64,000 nucleotides of DNA from Scyliorhinus canicula (taxonomy: Eukaryota), in assembly GCF_902713615.1 (NCBI RefSeq), contig NC_052150.1, positions 98,941,441-99,005,440 of the forward strand, read 5' to 3'. Each line of letters starts with the position of its first letter. Positions within the stretch are counted from its first letter, which is position 1. The position numbers and the translations under genes are program-made. This document shows, piece by piece, positions 12,816-24,208 of this stretch. The notes beneath the pieces were generated by a model, which was given only the letters and a program-made list of their open reading frames with translations, made no database searches and was not told the DNA's origin.

Positions 12816-12980
12816 GGCAGCATGGTGGCGCAGTGGATAGCACTGCTGCCTCACGGCGCCGAGGTCCCAGGGTTGATCCCAGCTCTAGGTCACTGTCCAT
12901 GTGGAGTTTGCACATTCTCCCCGTGTTTGCCCTCACAACCAAAGATGTGCAGGGTAGGTGGATTGGCCACGCTAAATTAA
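12816..12980 (+). mobile_element. Truncated tRNA-derived V-SINE (short variant)
   Basis: A-box TGGCGCAGTGG, degenerate B-box, V-core TGTGGAGTTTGCACATTCTCCCCGTG. Confidence 0.85.
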
Positions 12981-13507
12981 AAGTTGAGGTATTTGTGAAT
13001 GGGATGAGTGGAGGCTTTACTCCAATTCCATTGTATAAAGTGCAGAAGGAGTGTGATTTAGTGTCAGGTCCGCTCGTTGTTGGAGTGGTTAAGGAATTCC
13101 CAGTGGAAGAAATGGGCTTAGTTCTGGGGAACAATTTAGTGGGAGTGAAGTTTGTAGCTTCATCCATGGTGAGCCCAGAGGAAGTACTGCAGTTAGCACC
13201 TGAAATGCCGACTGAAGGGCATGCGGGAGCTAGGAAACCCATTGGGCAGTACAGGACTCAGAGAAAGAGATGTTGATGGCTGTTGGGCACATTTCAAGTG
13301 ACCACGGCAGCGAACCAGGTCCCGAGCCTTTTCAGACTGACGGTGACCGTAATTCGACAAGAGTCTTGACTTTGACTCTGATGTTGTTGCACGAACGTTG
13401 ATAAGGAGGGGTCAGGTGGTAGTTTTGACATCGACCTAGGTCCTGGTTACAAAGTGATGGTGACTAGTTGTGAGAGTGATAGTAGGAAGGAAGAGTCAGG
13501 CGCCAGT

Positions 13508-13851
13508 ATCATAGAATCATAGAATTTACAGTGCAGAAGGAGACCATTCAGCCCAATCGAGTCTGCACCGGCCCTTGGAAAGCGTCCCCGACTGAAGCCC
13601 GCACCTCCACCCTATCCCCGTAACTCCACCCCACCTTTTTGTTTTTGGACACTAAGGGCAATTTATCATGGCCAATCCACCTAACCTGCACCTCTTTGGA
13701 TTGTGGGAGGGAACCGGAGCACCCGGAGGAAACCCACGCAGACACGGGGAGAACGTGCAGACTCCACACAGGCAGTCACCCAGCAGGGAATCGAAGCTGG
13801 GACCCTGGAGCTGTGAAGCAACTGCGCCAACCACTGTGCTACCGTGCTGCC
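13508..13851 (-). mobile_element. HE1-like V-SINE with CR1-type tail
   Basis: tRNA head, V-core GTGTCTGCGTGGGTTTCCTCCGGGTGCTCCGG, tail ...CTGCACTGTAAATTCTATGATTCTATG. Confidence 0.92.
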
Positions 13852-14572
13852 TTGACTTTGATCTCGGGTCTGACTATGATGTGATAATTAGACAATTGTT
13901 CTCGAGTAGACACATTCCAATTGAACTTGGACCACTGGCGAGCAATTCTTCCAGAACCAGTAAAGGAGTTAGTACCCTGGAGGATGTAGGTGCAGTGGAC
14001 TTGCCAAGATGTAGATTGCTACCACTTCTTGAGGTAAACCCATTGCCATTCCCTTCAGGTGAAAGGAATTCCCAGGGCAGGCTTGCCCTGAGGGCAAGTA
14101 TACCTGACTGGATAGCATCAGTTAGTCAGGATGATGACAGTATGGACCAGGGAGTGATGCCAAGCGAGTTGGTTGACCCACATCCTTTTGAAGGTTTACA
14201 GCATATCTTTGAGGTAGCAGAGGTTGATAGCCAGGAAGGTGAAGTAGTTGGCCATCAATCCTTTTTGGGAGTTAAGGGAAAGGTGGTTGCCGAATCTTGT
14301 AGTGGTTCTTCAATCACGGAGGCCAGGAAATTCCAAGCAGGTCGTAGAGTCAATGACATCCCATACTCTGATTCTGAAAGTGGGAATGCAGTTGGTGAGG
14401 TAAAAATTGCCAGCCCGGGAATAGTGCCTGTCGAGTCAACTTTGAGAGGACCGACTCCTCCGTCCAGTGTAGAGTTCAGACAATGGAGAATAAACCAGAG
14501 TTTACCCAGGCAGGTTGAAACTCACAGGGAGGTAGAAGAACAGAAGTGCACGGATCTGAGCAGCCTGTGTAC

Positions 14573-14737
14573 AGCGCTATCTGGTGGCCGGCAACGGAAA
14601 TTGCACTAATCTGAATACTTTGGACCTAGCTCCATCTGGTGGACAAAGAGCGGAATCGCACCGACTTGGAATTATTCAGTGAACTGCCATCTGTTGGTCG
14701 AAGGATGAAATTGCCCCAACCTGAACTTCTCGAGTAA
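14573..14737 (-). promoter_or_regulatory. Three tandem CTCF-like sites (core plus upstream motif), 55-bp period
   Basis: Minus strand: TGCAATTTCC-N5-CGGCCACCAGATAGCGC; TGCGATTCCG-N5-TGTCCACCAGATGGAGC; GGCAATTTCA-N5-CGACCAACAGATGGCAG. Confidence 0.7.
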
Positions 14738-15173
14738 ATCTATTTCCCAAAGGCTACAACATTTGTAGCCAAAATATTTCACAGTAGTCAAAATATATCT
14801 CAGACCTACCCTTTAATCCTTGTTTTTTTTTAAATTCCCCACCAACCTTTACCTTGTGTCTGCCTGGATGGAAGGTGGGACGGAGTCTTGGGATTAGCCC
14901 GTCTGGTAGACCATTATCCTGTTATTTCCTCATATGTTCATCCTTTCCTCTTTTTATTAATAAACAGTTTGTGAATGTTTTGCTTATAAATCTGGTGTCT
15001 GTAACTCATTGGAGCAGTCAAGGGTTATTGGTTAATTCACTTATGTTGGGACTCCGGGAGCGGAGGGGCTGGAATTGACCATGCACTCGCCCTGGGTGTC
15101 GCCACACTATCTAAAGTTTCACAACCTGGAAGAAAATACTTGCACACAGATATCATGCACAGGTCAACACAAT

Positions 15174-15745
15174 GGGCAAAATTCTCCATAAAGATGAATC
15201 AGTGTGGTAGTGAGCGGGAACTGTGCTCGGTCCAGCGAGGCCAGCAATGGTGTTCGATGTTAATTGGTCCACTTAACGAGGCCCCACGGGCATTTCTCCG
15301 CAAATGAGGTCTCACCAGCCGATTCTCCGACATCGCAGTTGCCAGCACCCAATAACAACGTCGAGCAGCATTTACTCAGCCAACCCCAGCCAGCTGGCAA
15401 TTATGGTGCCCAGGAGATTGGCCCCAAGATTCGGGAATGCAGACCTGGAGAGGCACCTAAATGCTGTGGAGGCCAGCAGAATTGTCCTGTTCCTCCGGGG
15501 ATCCCAGAATATCACCCGCAGGGTCAAGGTGGGCGGTGGCTGTAAGCTCTGAGTGTGTGAATAGGAGGACTGGCTTCCAGTGCCGAAAAAGAGGTCAACG
15601 ACCTACACCGGGCAGCATGAGTGAGGAGACACCAATGCACTCTGTTAGCGGGAGAGGATCACAAAGAAATCACTCAACGGCTAGGACTACTGGGCCTCGC
15701 ATCAAATGGTTTATTTCGCCGGCGTGGGGGGGTGACGTCTGTTAA
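15174..15745 (+). mobile_element. Harbinger 5' fragment with Myb/SANT exon 1 remnant
   Basis: TIR GGGCAAAATTCTCC; ATG 15403 MVPRRLAPRFGNADLERHLNAVEASRIVLF...RRTGFQCRK, homologous to the ORF starting at 8301. Confidence 0.75.
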
Positions 15746-16379
15746 AATCCCAGACCATCTCTCCACTGAACAAAGGAAAACATCCATTCTTAGATTTTTC
15801 AAAACAGCTACACAGCCCATTTCAGATGGACCTTTTCCAATAATAGTGATTATAGATTACATACATTAGTTATACATCCAATTAAATTTGACATAACGTA
15901 AAGTGGGTTGGTGTCTTACCAGCCCCTAACTTCATGAAGAAGTCACTCATGCTAACTGTTAAAGTTACGTCTCCTCCCTGCACCTGGAGACCTTGAGCTG
16001 ATGAGGCTACATAATGCTCGCTGTTCTGTGGAGCTGTTATCAGTGGCTGGTAAACTACTCCCTCGAAATTCCCATGTTTGTGTCCCATTCAATGCCTTGA
16101 TATCAATCATTCTTGTCTCCCTGTCTAACTCCGCTGTCTGTAATTAAATTATGTTATTCATATCAGTTTGCAAGTAACCCAGCTAATGATTGTTCAGGAA
16201 TAGGGCTAGCTCAGCTAACAGCCATTTTGTGCCCTTTCTGATATTAGTAATTCTTAGGTTATAAAATCACTAGCATTGTGTGTACGCTACCTATTCCTAC
16301 AAATTGCCTCTTATACAGGCATCTAAGCCAATGGGTACCTTTTGGCTAAAAGCCTTCTTTCTAAATCTGACTTCAACAC

Positions 16380-16800
16380 CCTCCAATCCTCCCCTCCCTG
16401 TGGTGGCCCATCCCTCTGGAGGGTTTCCCCCGCACCCAGCCAAGGGTCCCCAACCCCCCCCTGCTGAGCACTGGGATGGCAAGCCCAGCGCCCCCAGGCT
16501 CTTTGCCTGTGAGCAAAGATGGCTACTCACCTCCTGGGTTCCTTCCGTCAGGTTCATCCTTTTCCAAAGGAGTACTAGTCGGTGTCAGCATGACCACTTG
16601 ATGGGAGGCCAATGAATGAGGGGACGCAATTGGATAAGGGGTGGTTCCTGTTAGTTTTATGGAAATAGGGCTTAAGTGGTGATAATTGGTTCCTCGCCAC
16701 GCGGAGATCCAGATTTCGCCGATGGGAGTGGGCCAGTTGCATCACAAACTGTTTGGCGGCTGGTTCAGTTCTTGTTTTCGGCTTTTCCTGCTTTGTTAGC
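16380..16800. mobile_element. Harbinger subterminal fragment
   Basis: Similar to 5455-5730 (GATGGCTACTCACCTCCT...CCTTCCGTCAGGTTCAT...TATGGAAA..GGGCTT.AGT..TGATAATTGGTT). Confidence 0.6.
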
Positions 16801-18626
16801 CCGGCCTAGGGATTGTTTTGTTAATCTTATTCAGGTACTGCAAAATGCTATTTAATTGCTGCCATGGCAGTGGTCTTGTATTGTTTAGATCATGGGTACA
16901 TTTTTAATAAACACAACTTTAAAAAGCCTGAAGCAATTTACAATGAGCCATGCACCAAATCGGAAGATCGCAGCATTGACAAAAAATGCAATACTTTGTG
17001 CCAAACCATAGCTGAAGCCATCGAAGAGGGCTTTTGAGACAGAGGTCCTGCAAAAATGGATGGGCTGGCCACAGAAGTGGCATGGGCCGGAGGGAGGGGG
17101 GGATGTTTGGGAGGGGGGGGGAGGATGGGTGAATGTCGTGGGTGGGTTTGGCCCAGGTCCCCAGTACAGTCAGCGCTCGCCACTTCAGTGTCCCCCCACC
17201 ATCCCTCTCGATGCCAACCGACCCCCCCCCCACCCCAACCCCGCCGCCCATCAGCATCTCCGGCACCCCAAGGGATCCGATGGGACCAAACGGCCAGCTC
17301 GCATGCATACATAACCCAGGTGGATGTGGAAAGTGTTATCGTGGGCAGGAGTCAGATGTTGTCAAGCGGTGCGGAGCACCAGAGCTTATTGCAAAACAGG
17401 TTGTCATCATCGCCCAATGCAGACCCATGCCCCATAGTGAGGCAGGTAGGAATCCCGGAGTGGGTTGCTTGGGTTGGAGTGTTGTGGGGTAGGGGTGGAA
17501 TGGGATATCCATTACAATGGCCAGGCCCCTAGGCGGCGAACCTGCAGACGATTACATCATCCCATGCGCATCAGTCCAGACACACAAGTTGCCTGCCCGG
17601 GCCCCATGCACTACGCCTCCTCCCCCTCCCCCACGTCCACCACATCAGACGAGGCCTGGCATACATCCCCTTCCTTCAGCACGTCGCTCCTCTGCTGCAC
17701 GATGTTGTGGAGGACGCAGCAGGCCACCAAGATGTGACCGACTGTCCAAGCGCTATATTGAAGGGCCCTCCAGAGTGGTCCAGGCACCTGAACTGCATCT
17801 TCAGGATGCTGAAGCATCACTTGATCACGCCCCTGGTCATGGCATGGGCACTGTTGTAGCGGGTCTCCGCGTTGATCTGTGGCCTCCGTGTAAGCATCAT
17901 CAGCCACAATCACAGCGGATAACCCCCATCGCCCAAGAGCCAAGCCCTCAGCTTGATGTCAGGAACCGCCGAGTTTGCCAGGATGACTGCGTCATGCACA
18001 CTGCCTGGATATGGGACGCAGGCATGCATGATGTGCATCTGATGGTCACACACCAGCTGCACATTCATCGAATAGAGCCCTTTCGGTTTGTGAAGAGTGG
18101 CCTGTCATCTGCAGGTGCTCTTCAGGTGACATGCATCCCCTGGACCTGGGGATCTCGGTGCTGATGGCGAACCTGGCTGCCCGGGCATCCTGGTTAGCTC
18201 GGTCCACATTGAGTTTGATGTATTGTGCTGAGTGGACAGATAAGGCCTCTGTTATGACACGGATGCAGCTGTCCACCGGGGACTGAGAGATTCCGGACAG
18301 GTCACCATGTAGAAGTTTAGGGTGACTGCCACCTTGACAGCCACTGGGAGGGAGTGTCCTCCACATTCCCCAGCCGAACCAGGTGTGCCATGATCTGGTA
18401 GACATGTCGCATTGTTCCCCTGGAGCAACCGGAGTCTTCGGCAGCATGCCCGGGCTGGCAGGCCCTCGAATGACAGGCGGTGCCGGTATACCTAGGGGCC
18501 TCATGTGGCGGCTCCTTCGCACCTCCTCCTTGGCCTGTTGGGCGGCCGGCTCTGCATCCTCACCGGCTGCCTCCTGTTCCTCTCGGGCAGGCTCCGCTAC
18601 TGCAGGTTCATCCCTTGGGCAATTCA

Positions 18627-20965
18627 TAAGAACATAAGAACATAAGAACTAGGAGCAGGAGTAGGCCATCTGGCCCCTCGAGCCTGCTCCTCCATTCAAT
18701 GAGATCATGGCTGATCTTTTGTGGACTCAGCTCCACTTTCCGGCCCGAACACCATAACCCTTAATCCCTTTATTCTTCAAAAAGCTATCTATCTTTACCT
18801 TAAAAACATTTAATGAAGGAGCCTCAACTGCTTCACTGGGCAAGGAATTCCATAGATTCACAACCCTTTGGGTGAAGAAGTTCCTCCTAAACTCAGTCCC
18901 ACATCTACTTCCCCTTATTTTGAGGCTATGTCCCCTAGTTCTGCTTTCACCCGCCAGTGGAAACAACCTGCACGCATCTATCCTATCTATTCCCTTCATA
19001 ATTTTAAATGTTTCTATAAGATCCCCCCTCATCCTTCTAAATTCCAACGAGTATAGTCCCACTCTACTCAACCTCTGCTCATAATCCAACCCCTTCAGCT
19101 CTGGGATTAACCTAGTGAATCTCCTCTGCACACCCTCCAGTGCCTGTACGTCCTTTCTCAAGTAAGGAGACCAAAACTGAACACAATACTCCAGGTGTGG
19201 CCTCACTAACACCTTATACAATTGCGACATAACCTCCCTAGTCTTAAACTCCATCCCTCTAGCAATGAAGGTCAAAATTCCATTTGCCTTTTTAATCACC
19301 TGTTGCACCTGTAAACCAACCTTCTGTGACTCATGCACTAGCACACCCAAGTCTCTCTGCACAGCGACATGCTTTAATATTTTATCGTTTAAATAATAAT
19401 CCCGTTTGCTGTTATTCCTACCAAAATGGATAACCTCACATTTGTCAACATTGTGTTCCATCTTCCAGACCCTAGCCCATTCACTTAACCTATCCAAATC
19501 TCTCTGCAGACTTCCAGTATCCTCTGCACTTTTCGCTTTACCACTCATCTTAGTGTCATCTGAAAACTTGGACACATTGCCCTTGGTCCCCAACTCCAAA
19601 TCATCTATGTAAATTGTGAACAATTGTGGGCCCAACACGGATCCCTGAGGGACACCACTAGCTACTGATTGCCAACCAGAGAAACACCCATTAATCCCCA
19701 CTCTTTGCTTTCTATTAATTAACCAATCCTCTATCCATGCTACTACTTTACCCTTAATGCCATGCATCTTTATCTTATGCAGCAACCTTTTGTGTGGCAC
19801 CTTGTCAAAGGCTTTCTGGAAATCCAGATATACCACATCCATTGGCTCCCCGTTATCTACTGCACTAGTAATGTCCTCAAAAAATTCCACTAAATTAGTT
19901 TGGCATGACCTGCCCTTTATGAACCCATGCTGCGTCTGCCCAATGGGACAATTTCTATCCAGATGCCTCGCTATTTCTTCCTTGATGATAGATTCCAGCA
20001 TCTTCCCTACTACCGAAGTTAAGCTCACTGGCCTATAATTTCCTGCTTTCTGCCTACCTCCTTTTTTAAACAGTGGTGTCACGTTTGCTAATTTCCAATC
20101 CACCGGGACCACCCCAGAGTCTAGTGAATTTCGGTAAATTATCGCTAGTGCATCTGCAATTTCCCTCGCCATCTCTTTTAGCACTCTGGGATGCATTCCA
20201 TCAGGGCCAGGAGACTTGTCTACTTTTAGCCCCATTAGCTTGCCCATCACTACCTCCTTAGTGATAACAATCCTCTCAAGGTCATCACCTGTCATATCCT
20301 CATTTCTATCAGTCGCTGGCATGTTATTTGTGTCTTCCACTGTGAAGACCGACCCAAAAAACCTGTTCAGTTCCTCAGCCATTTCCTCATTTCCCATTAT
20401 TAAAACTCCCTTCTCATCCTCTAAAGGACCAATATTTACCTTAGCCACTCTTTTTTGATTTATATATTTGTAAAAAGTTTTAATGTCTGTTTTTATATTC
20501 TGAGCAAGTTTACTCTCATACTCTATCTTACTCTTCTTTATAGCTTTTTTAGTAGCTTTCTGTTGCCCCCTAAAGGTTTCCCAGTCCTCTAATCTCCCAG
20601 CAATCTTTGCCACTTTATATGCTTTTTCCTTCAATTTGATACTCTCCCTTATTTCCTTAGATATCCACGGTCAATTTTCCCTCTTTCTACCGTCCTTCCT
20701 TTTTGTTGGTAAACCTTTGCTGAGCACTGTGAAAAATCGCTTGGAAGGTTCTCCACTGTTCCCCAACTGTTCCACCATAAAGTCTTAGCTCCCAGTCTAC
20801 CTTAGCTAGTTCTTCTCTCATCCCCTTGTAATCTCCTTTGTTTAAACACAAAACACTAGTATTTGATTTTACTTTCTCACCCTCCATCTGTATTTTAAAT
20901 TCCACTATATTGTGATCGCTCCTTCCGAGAGGATACCTAACTATGAGATCATGAATCAATCCTGT
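18627..20965 (-). mobile_element. Young 5'-truncated CR1 LINE
   Basis: (TTCTTATG)n tail at 18625-18648; putative 7-bp TSD CAATTCA (18620-18626 and 20966-20972). Confidence 0.97.
18727..20634 (-). CDS. CR1 ORF2 reverse transcriptase, uninterrupted over 635 codons but lacking most of the endonuclease
   Basis: [57 protein letters not shown] (FADD variant); frameshift upstream near 20690. Confidence 0.9.
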   Translation of the reverse strand: MKEKAYKVAKIAGRLEDWETFRGQQKATKKAIKKSKIEYESKLAQNIKTDIKTFYKYINQKRVAKVNIGPLEDEKGVLIMGNEEMAEELNRFFGSVFTVEDTNNMPATDRNEDMTGDDLERIVITKEVVMGKLMGLKVDKSPGPDGMHPRVLKEMAREIADALAIIYRNSLDSGVVPVDWKLANVTPLFKKGGRQKAGNYRPVSLTSVVGKMLESIIKEEIARHLDRNCPIGQTQHGFIKGRSCQTNLVEFFEDITSAVDNGEPMDVVYLDFQKAFDKVPHKRLLHKIKMHGIKGKVVAWIEDWLINRKQRVGINGCFSGWQSVASGVPQGSVLGPQLFTIYIDDLELGTKGNVSKFSDDTKMSGKAKSAEDTGSLQRDLDRLSEWARVWKMEHNVDKCEVIHFGRNNSKRDYYLNDKILKHVAVQRDLGVLVHESQKVGLQVQQVIKKANGILTFIARGMEFKTREVMSQLYKVLVRPHLEYCVQFWSPYLRKDVQALEGVQRRFTRLIPELKGLDYEQRLSRVGLYSLEFRRMRGDLIETFKIMKGIDRIDACRLFPLAGESRTRGHSLKIRGSRCGTEFRRNFFTQRVVNLWNSLPSEAVEAPSLNVFKVKIDSFLKNKGIKGYGVRAGKWS

Positions 20966-22348
20966 CAATTCAAGATCGTAACAGCCTCAATGAATCCCGC
21001 AGGGTTGCAGTGAAGGATGAAGGCCATCATTACTGGTTGAATTCTGATGTCCACTGGGTTTGTAAGGCCGACATGTTAGCATGACGCGTACCCCAGTGAT
21101 CAACCAGGTCCACCAGGCCACAGGGTGGCTCAGGTCTGCAACCTGTCCCTGCAGCTCCCCCTCCCCCCACTACCCCCCATTCCTACAACCCACCCCCAGC
21201 TGTTGCCCCTACACCATGCCCTTCACGCCCTGGCCCGTCGGTGCCCAACACTGCAGATCCTCGGGGACCTGGCTCCCGTCCCTACTGCCAGGTGTCTGGT
21301 AGCTGGCCATACCTATTCCGGCGGTACGCTCCATGGCAACCATCCAGTGTGCTCCTGCAGGGACTACTGTTGACAGTGCCCTTTGGTGTGCCAGGTGATG
21401 CCCTGGTGGCGAGTGGCACCCGGCTGGGGGGTGGGGGGATGGGGGGGAGGATAAGAGTTGGATGGGTGGAGGATGGGGCATGAGGAGGTGGGTGGAGGGT
21501 GAAGGCTAGGGTGGTGGGGCACCCATACGAGCACAACCACGGGCCACGGTGGGCGGTCAGCGGGGTGGGGAGGAAGACGGCTGCCTTGCAGGCTGCGGCA
21601 ATGGATATCAGTGTTTGAACATCCCGGTTTTGTGGGGTGTCACCCGATCCTATCGCCCATCCCCCTGTCACCAGCCCCCCTCCCCCCCTGCTGCTCCAGG
21701 GTTTATCTCCCCCACCGCACCACCACCCCCACCTACCACCCCGGCAATACCAGTGGCAGAACCAGCAGTCCATGGTCATGCCTCTACATGACCTGCCGTC
21801 TCTCTCTCCCTCATCACCCACAGCGCCTGTTACCCAATTTTTAAAACCACAAGCGAACCTTGGATATCGCCCGCCATGCTCGAACCCTAACCCGCCCAGC
21901 CCGACCACACAGCCCACCTGGCCAACCCCTACCACCCCCCCAGCCGTAGAAGAAGGCCCCCCGGGTAGCAGCACCGATCCCAGATGAGTGTGGTGGCGTT
22001 GGACATTGTCCGCATCCAGCATGCCAGGTTCCTGACCAAGAGGACTACACTGCCCCACGCTATCAGGAGCTCAGCCCATCGGGGGCAGAGCATTGTGGGT
22101 GGGCCAGCTGATGACACGCTAACAGCCTTGCGACTGTGCGCGGTGGCAGCGTGCGACACGATGACGGCAAATTGGATGGGATGAAGCATTGCAAACGGGC
22201 GTCAAACCAGCGCCTGCCCCAAATCCAGCATTGGAAACCATTCTCCGCCTGATTGCCGATCCTGATTTCGGCGTCGAGCTACAGAGAATCCCGCCATTTG
22301 TCTGATTCTCTGTGTTAAAAGGTTAGGTTATGACACAGGTCTGCCAGA

Positions 22349-22690
22349 GGGCAGCACGTGGCACAGTGGTTAGCACAGTTTCTTCACAACTGTAGGGTCC
22401 CAGGTTCGATTACCGCTTGGGTAACTGTTTGTGCGGAGCCTGCACATTCTCCCCGTGTCTGCGTGGGTTTCCTCCGGGTGCTCCAGTTTCCTCTCACAGT
22501 CCAAAGATGTGCAGGTTAGGTGGATTGGCCATGCTGAATTGCTTTTAGTGACCAAAAAAGGTTCGGTGGGGTTACTGGGTTACGAGGATAGGGTGGAGAT
22601 GTGGGCTTAAGTAGGGTGCTCTTTCCAAGAGCCGGTGCAGACTCGATGGGCCGAATGGCTTCCTTCTGGACTGTAAATTCAATGATTCTA
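22349..22690 (+). mobile_element. HE1-like V-SINE with CR1-type tail
   Basis: A-box TGGCACAGTGG, B-box GGTTCGATT, V-core, tail CTGTAAATTCAATGATTCTA. Confidence 0.92.
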
Positions 22691-23086
22691 ATATAAAGTG
22701 CAGTGATCATCTGATGAATTATGCTGGAGTAAGCGCAAGATTTTCCCGGAAATCAGAAAAAGATGATGGCAGGCGGGAAAAGCAGCGTTGAGAAAGCGAA
22801 CAGCGATGGCAACTTTTCCCACCATAATCAGGGGATTACTTGTAATTGTACGTTGGTGATCCCCCTCAGAGCTGTGAAAAACTGGAAGGTAATCCAAAGA
22901 GGAGATAGAGAGCACAGAGTCTCACTCTGCGGATGACCTACCCCTCTACATCTCGGACACACAAAGCAACATGGAAGGGAACATGAAGCTCCTGAGAGAG
23001 TTTGGAGCCATCTCGGGCGACAAGCTCAACCTGAGCAAGTGTGAAGTCTTCCCTGTGATCCCGAAAAGGGGAGGGACAAAGCTGAC

Positions 23087-23379
23087 TGTGGTGATATGAC
23101 TAGGAGGTTTACGGTAGTGCTGCCATTGGTGCAGAGGACTCGCTGCCCATTGGCTCAGGCAGGTCATGTATCTCTCTGCCAATTGGATGAGGCTAGTCAT
23201 GTGACTGCTCACCGATTGGCCGAGAGGCCGGTAGCCCCTCCTACGAGGCGGGGTATAAGAACTCGTAGGACCCGGCAGTCGGCCTTTCCATGTAAGTCGA
23301 CTGCCGGGCAAACAACTAATTAATTAAAGCCTGATATTGGGAACTTCTTCACGACTCGGGTCCAATTGATGGCACATCA
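23087..23379 (+). mobile_element. Solo LTR (Gypsy)
   Basis: TGTGGTG...CACATCA; perfect 5-bp TSD CTGAC; TATAAG and ATTAAA inside. Confidence 0.9.
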
Positions 23380-24208
23380 CTGACAGGACTAACATTCAAG
23401 TGAGCCCAATACAAATTCAGCTATGTGGAGACCCAGATATCCCACGACTGGACACCGATGCACAAATAGAACCTGACCAGTCTGGTGGAAGAAGTTAAAA
23501 CTGACCTACTGAGATGGAACACGTTCCCGATCTCCCTGGGATGCAGACGATCAAGGTGAACGTACTGCCCACGTTTCAGATCCATACTGATCTACATCCC
23601 AAATGCCTTCTTTAACTCGGTCAACAGAATTATCAAGGCGTTTGTTTGAGGAGTTGAGGGGGTGGGGCCGGGGAGAAAGAACCCAAGGATCTCCAAAAAG
23701 GTCCCGCAGAGAAAAAGAAGCATGGGGGACCTGGCTCTCCCAAATCTACAATACTACCACTGGGCAGCCATTCACAGAAAAAAGAGTGAGGGGATCGGGG
23801 AAAGAACCAGAACGGAATGGGTGAGAATGGAGGAGAGCTCCTGTACAGTGATGCCCCTCCAAGCCCTCACCACAGTGGCACTCCCAGCCCGCCAGCCAAA
23901 CACTCAAGAAGCCCAGTGGTGGCAGCCACACTCAGAACCTGGAATCAAATGAGAGAGCACTTTGGCCCAACCAAAATGTCTATTATGGCCCCCATCTGCG
24001 GCAACCAGAGGTTGGTGGCAGGCATGTTGGGCGCCATCTTTAACAGGTGGAGACAGTACGGGGAGATGCTGAATGTTCAGGACTTCCATACAGAGGACAG
24101 ACTTGCGACATTCGAGGAACTGACAGAAACTATTCAACGGGAACAAAATGAGAACTTCCTTCGCAAGGAGACAGCAATATACTCATGGACACCAAGACAT
24201 TCAATGTT

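Larger units (their letters stand above)
9620..15106 (+). mobile_element. Decayed Gmr1-like Gypsy element (SCAN-like gag, protease region, integrase zinc-finger remnant, LTR-like 3' end) hosting a MITE, an L1 and two SINEs
   Basis: E/K/R-rich coil at 9700-9870; DVFKLISALPKFEEKEV at 10594; AHELVPKAYRQKF and LEEFKNSLPSIIRTHVEDQ at 12510-12780; CDLVSGPLVVGV..PVEEMGLVLGNNL; EVLQLAPEMPTEGHAG directly after protease; AATAAA at 14959 and LTR-like end CGCCACA at 15106. Confidence 0.7.
17611..21053 (-). pseudogene. Harbinger (HARBI1-like, DDE_Tnp_4) transposase, decayed and split by a CR1 insertion
   Basis: N-terminus DIRIQPVMMAF at about 21053; GISQSPVDSCIRVITEAL; NRKGLYSMNVQLVCD; PGSVHD; LGDGGYPL; ILVACCVLHN. 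The element probably extends to a TIR AGAATCCCGCC at about 22295. Confidence 0.85.

Noticed and set aside
14573-14737. 55-bp periodic array as a CRISPR-like locus
   Set aside because: Eukaryotic context, only three degenerate units, spacers are homologous to each other, and no cas genes.
18727-20634. 635-aa RT ORF as a domesticated host gene
   Set aside because: It has the CR1 3' tail, a TSD and 5' truncation; an ordinary young LINE copy.
21282-22058. 258-aa ORF and similar ORFs in GC-rich MITEs (10009-10536, 35959-36462, 37784-38299, 44935-45411)
   Set aside because: Low-complexity frames expected in stop-poor GC-rich repeats; no recognisable domain.
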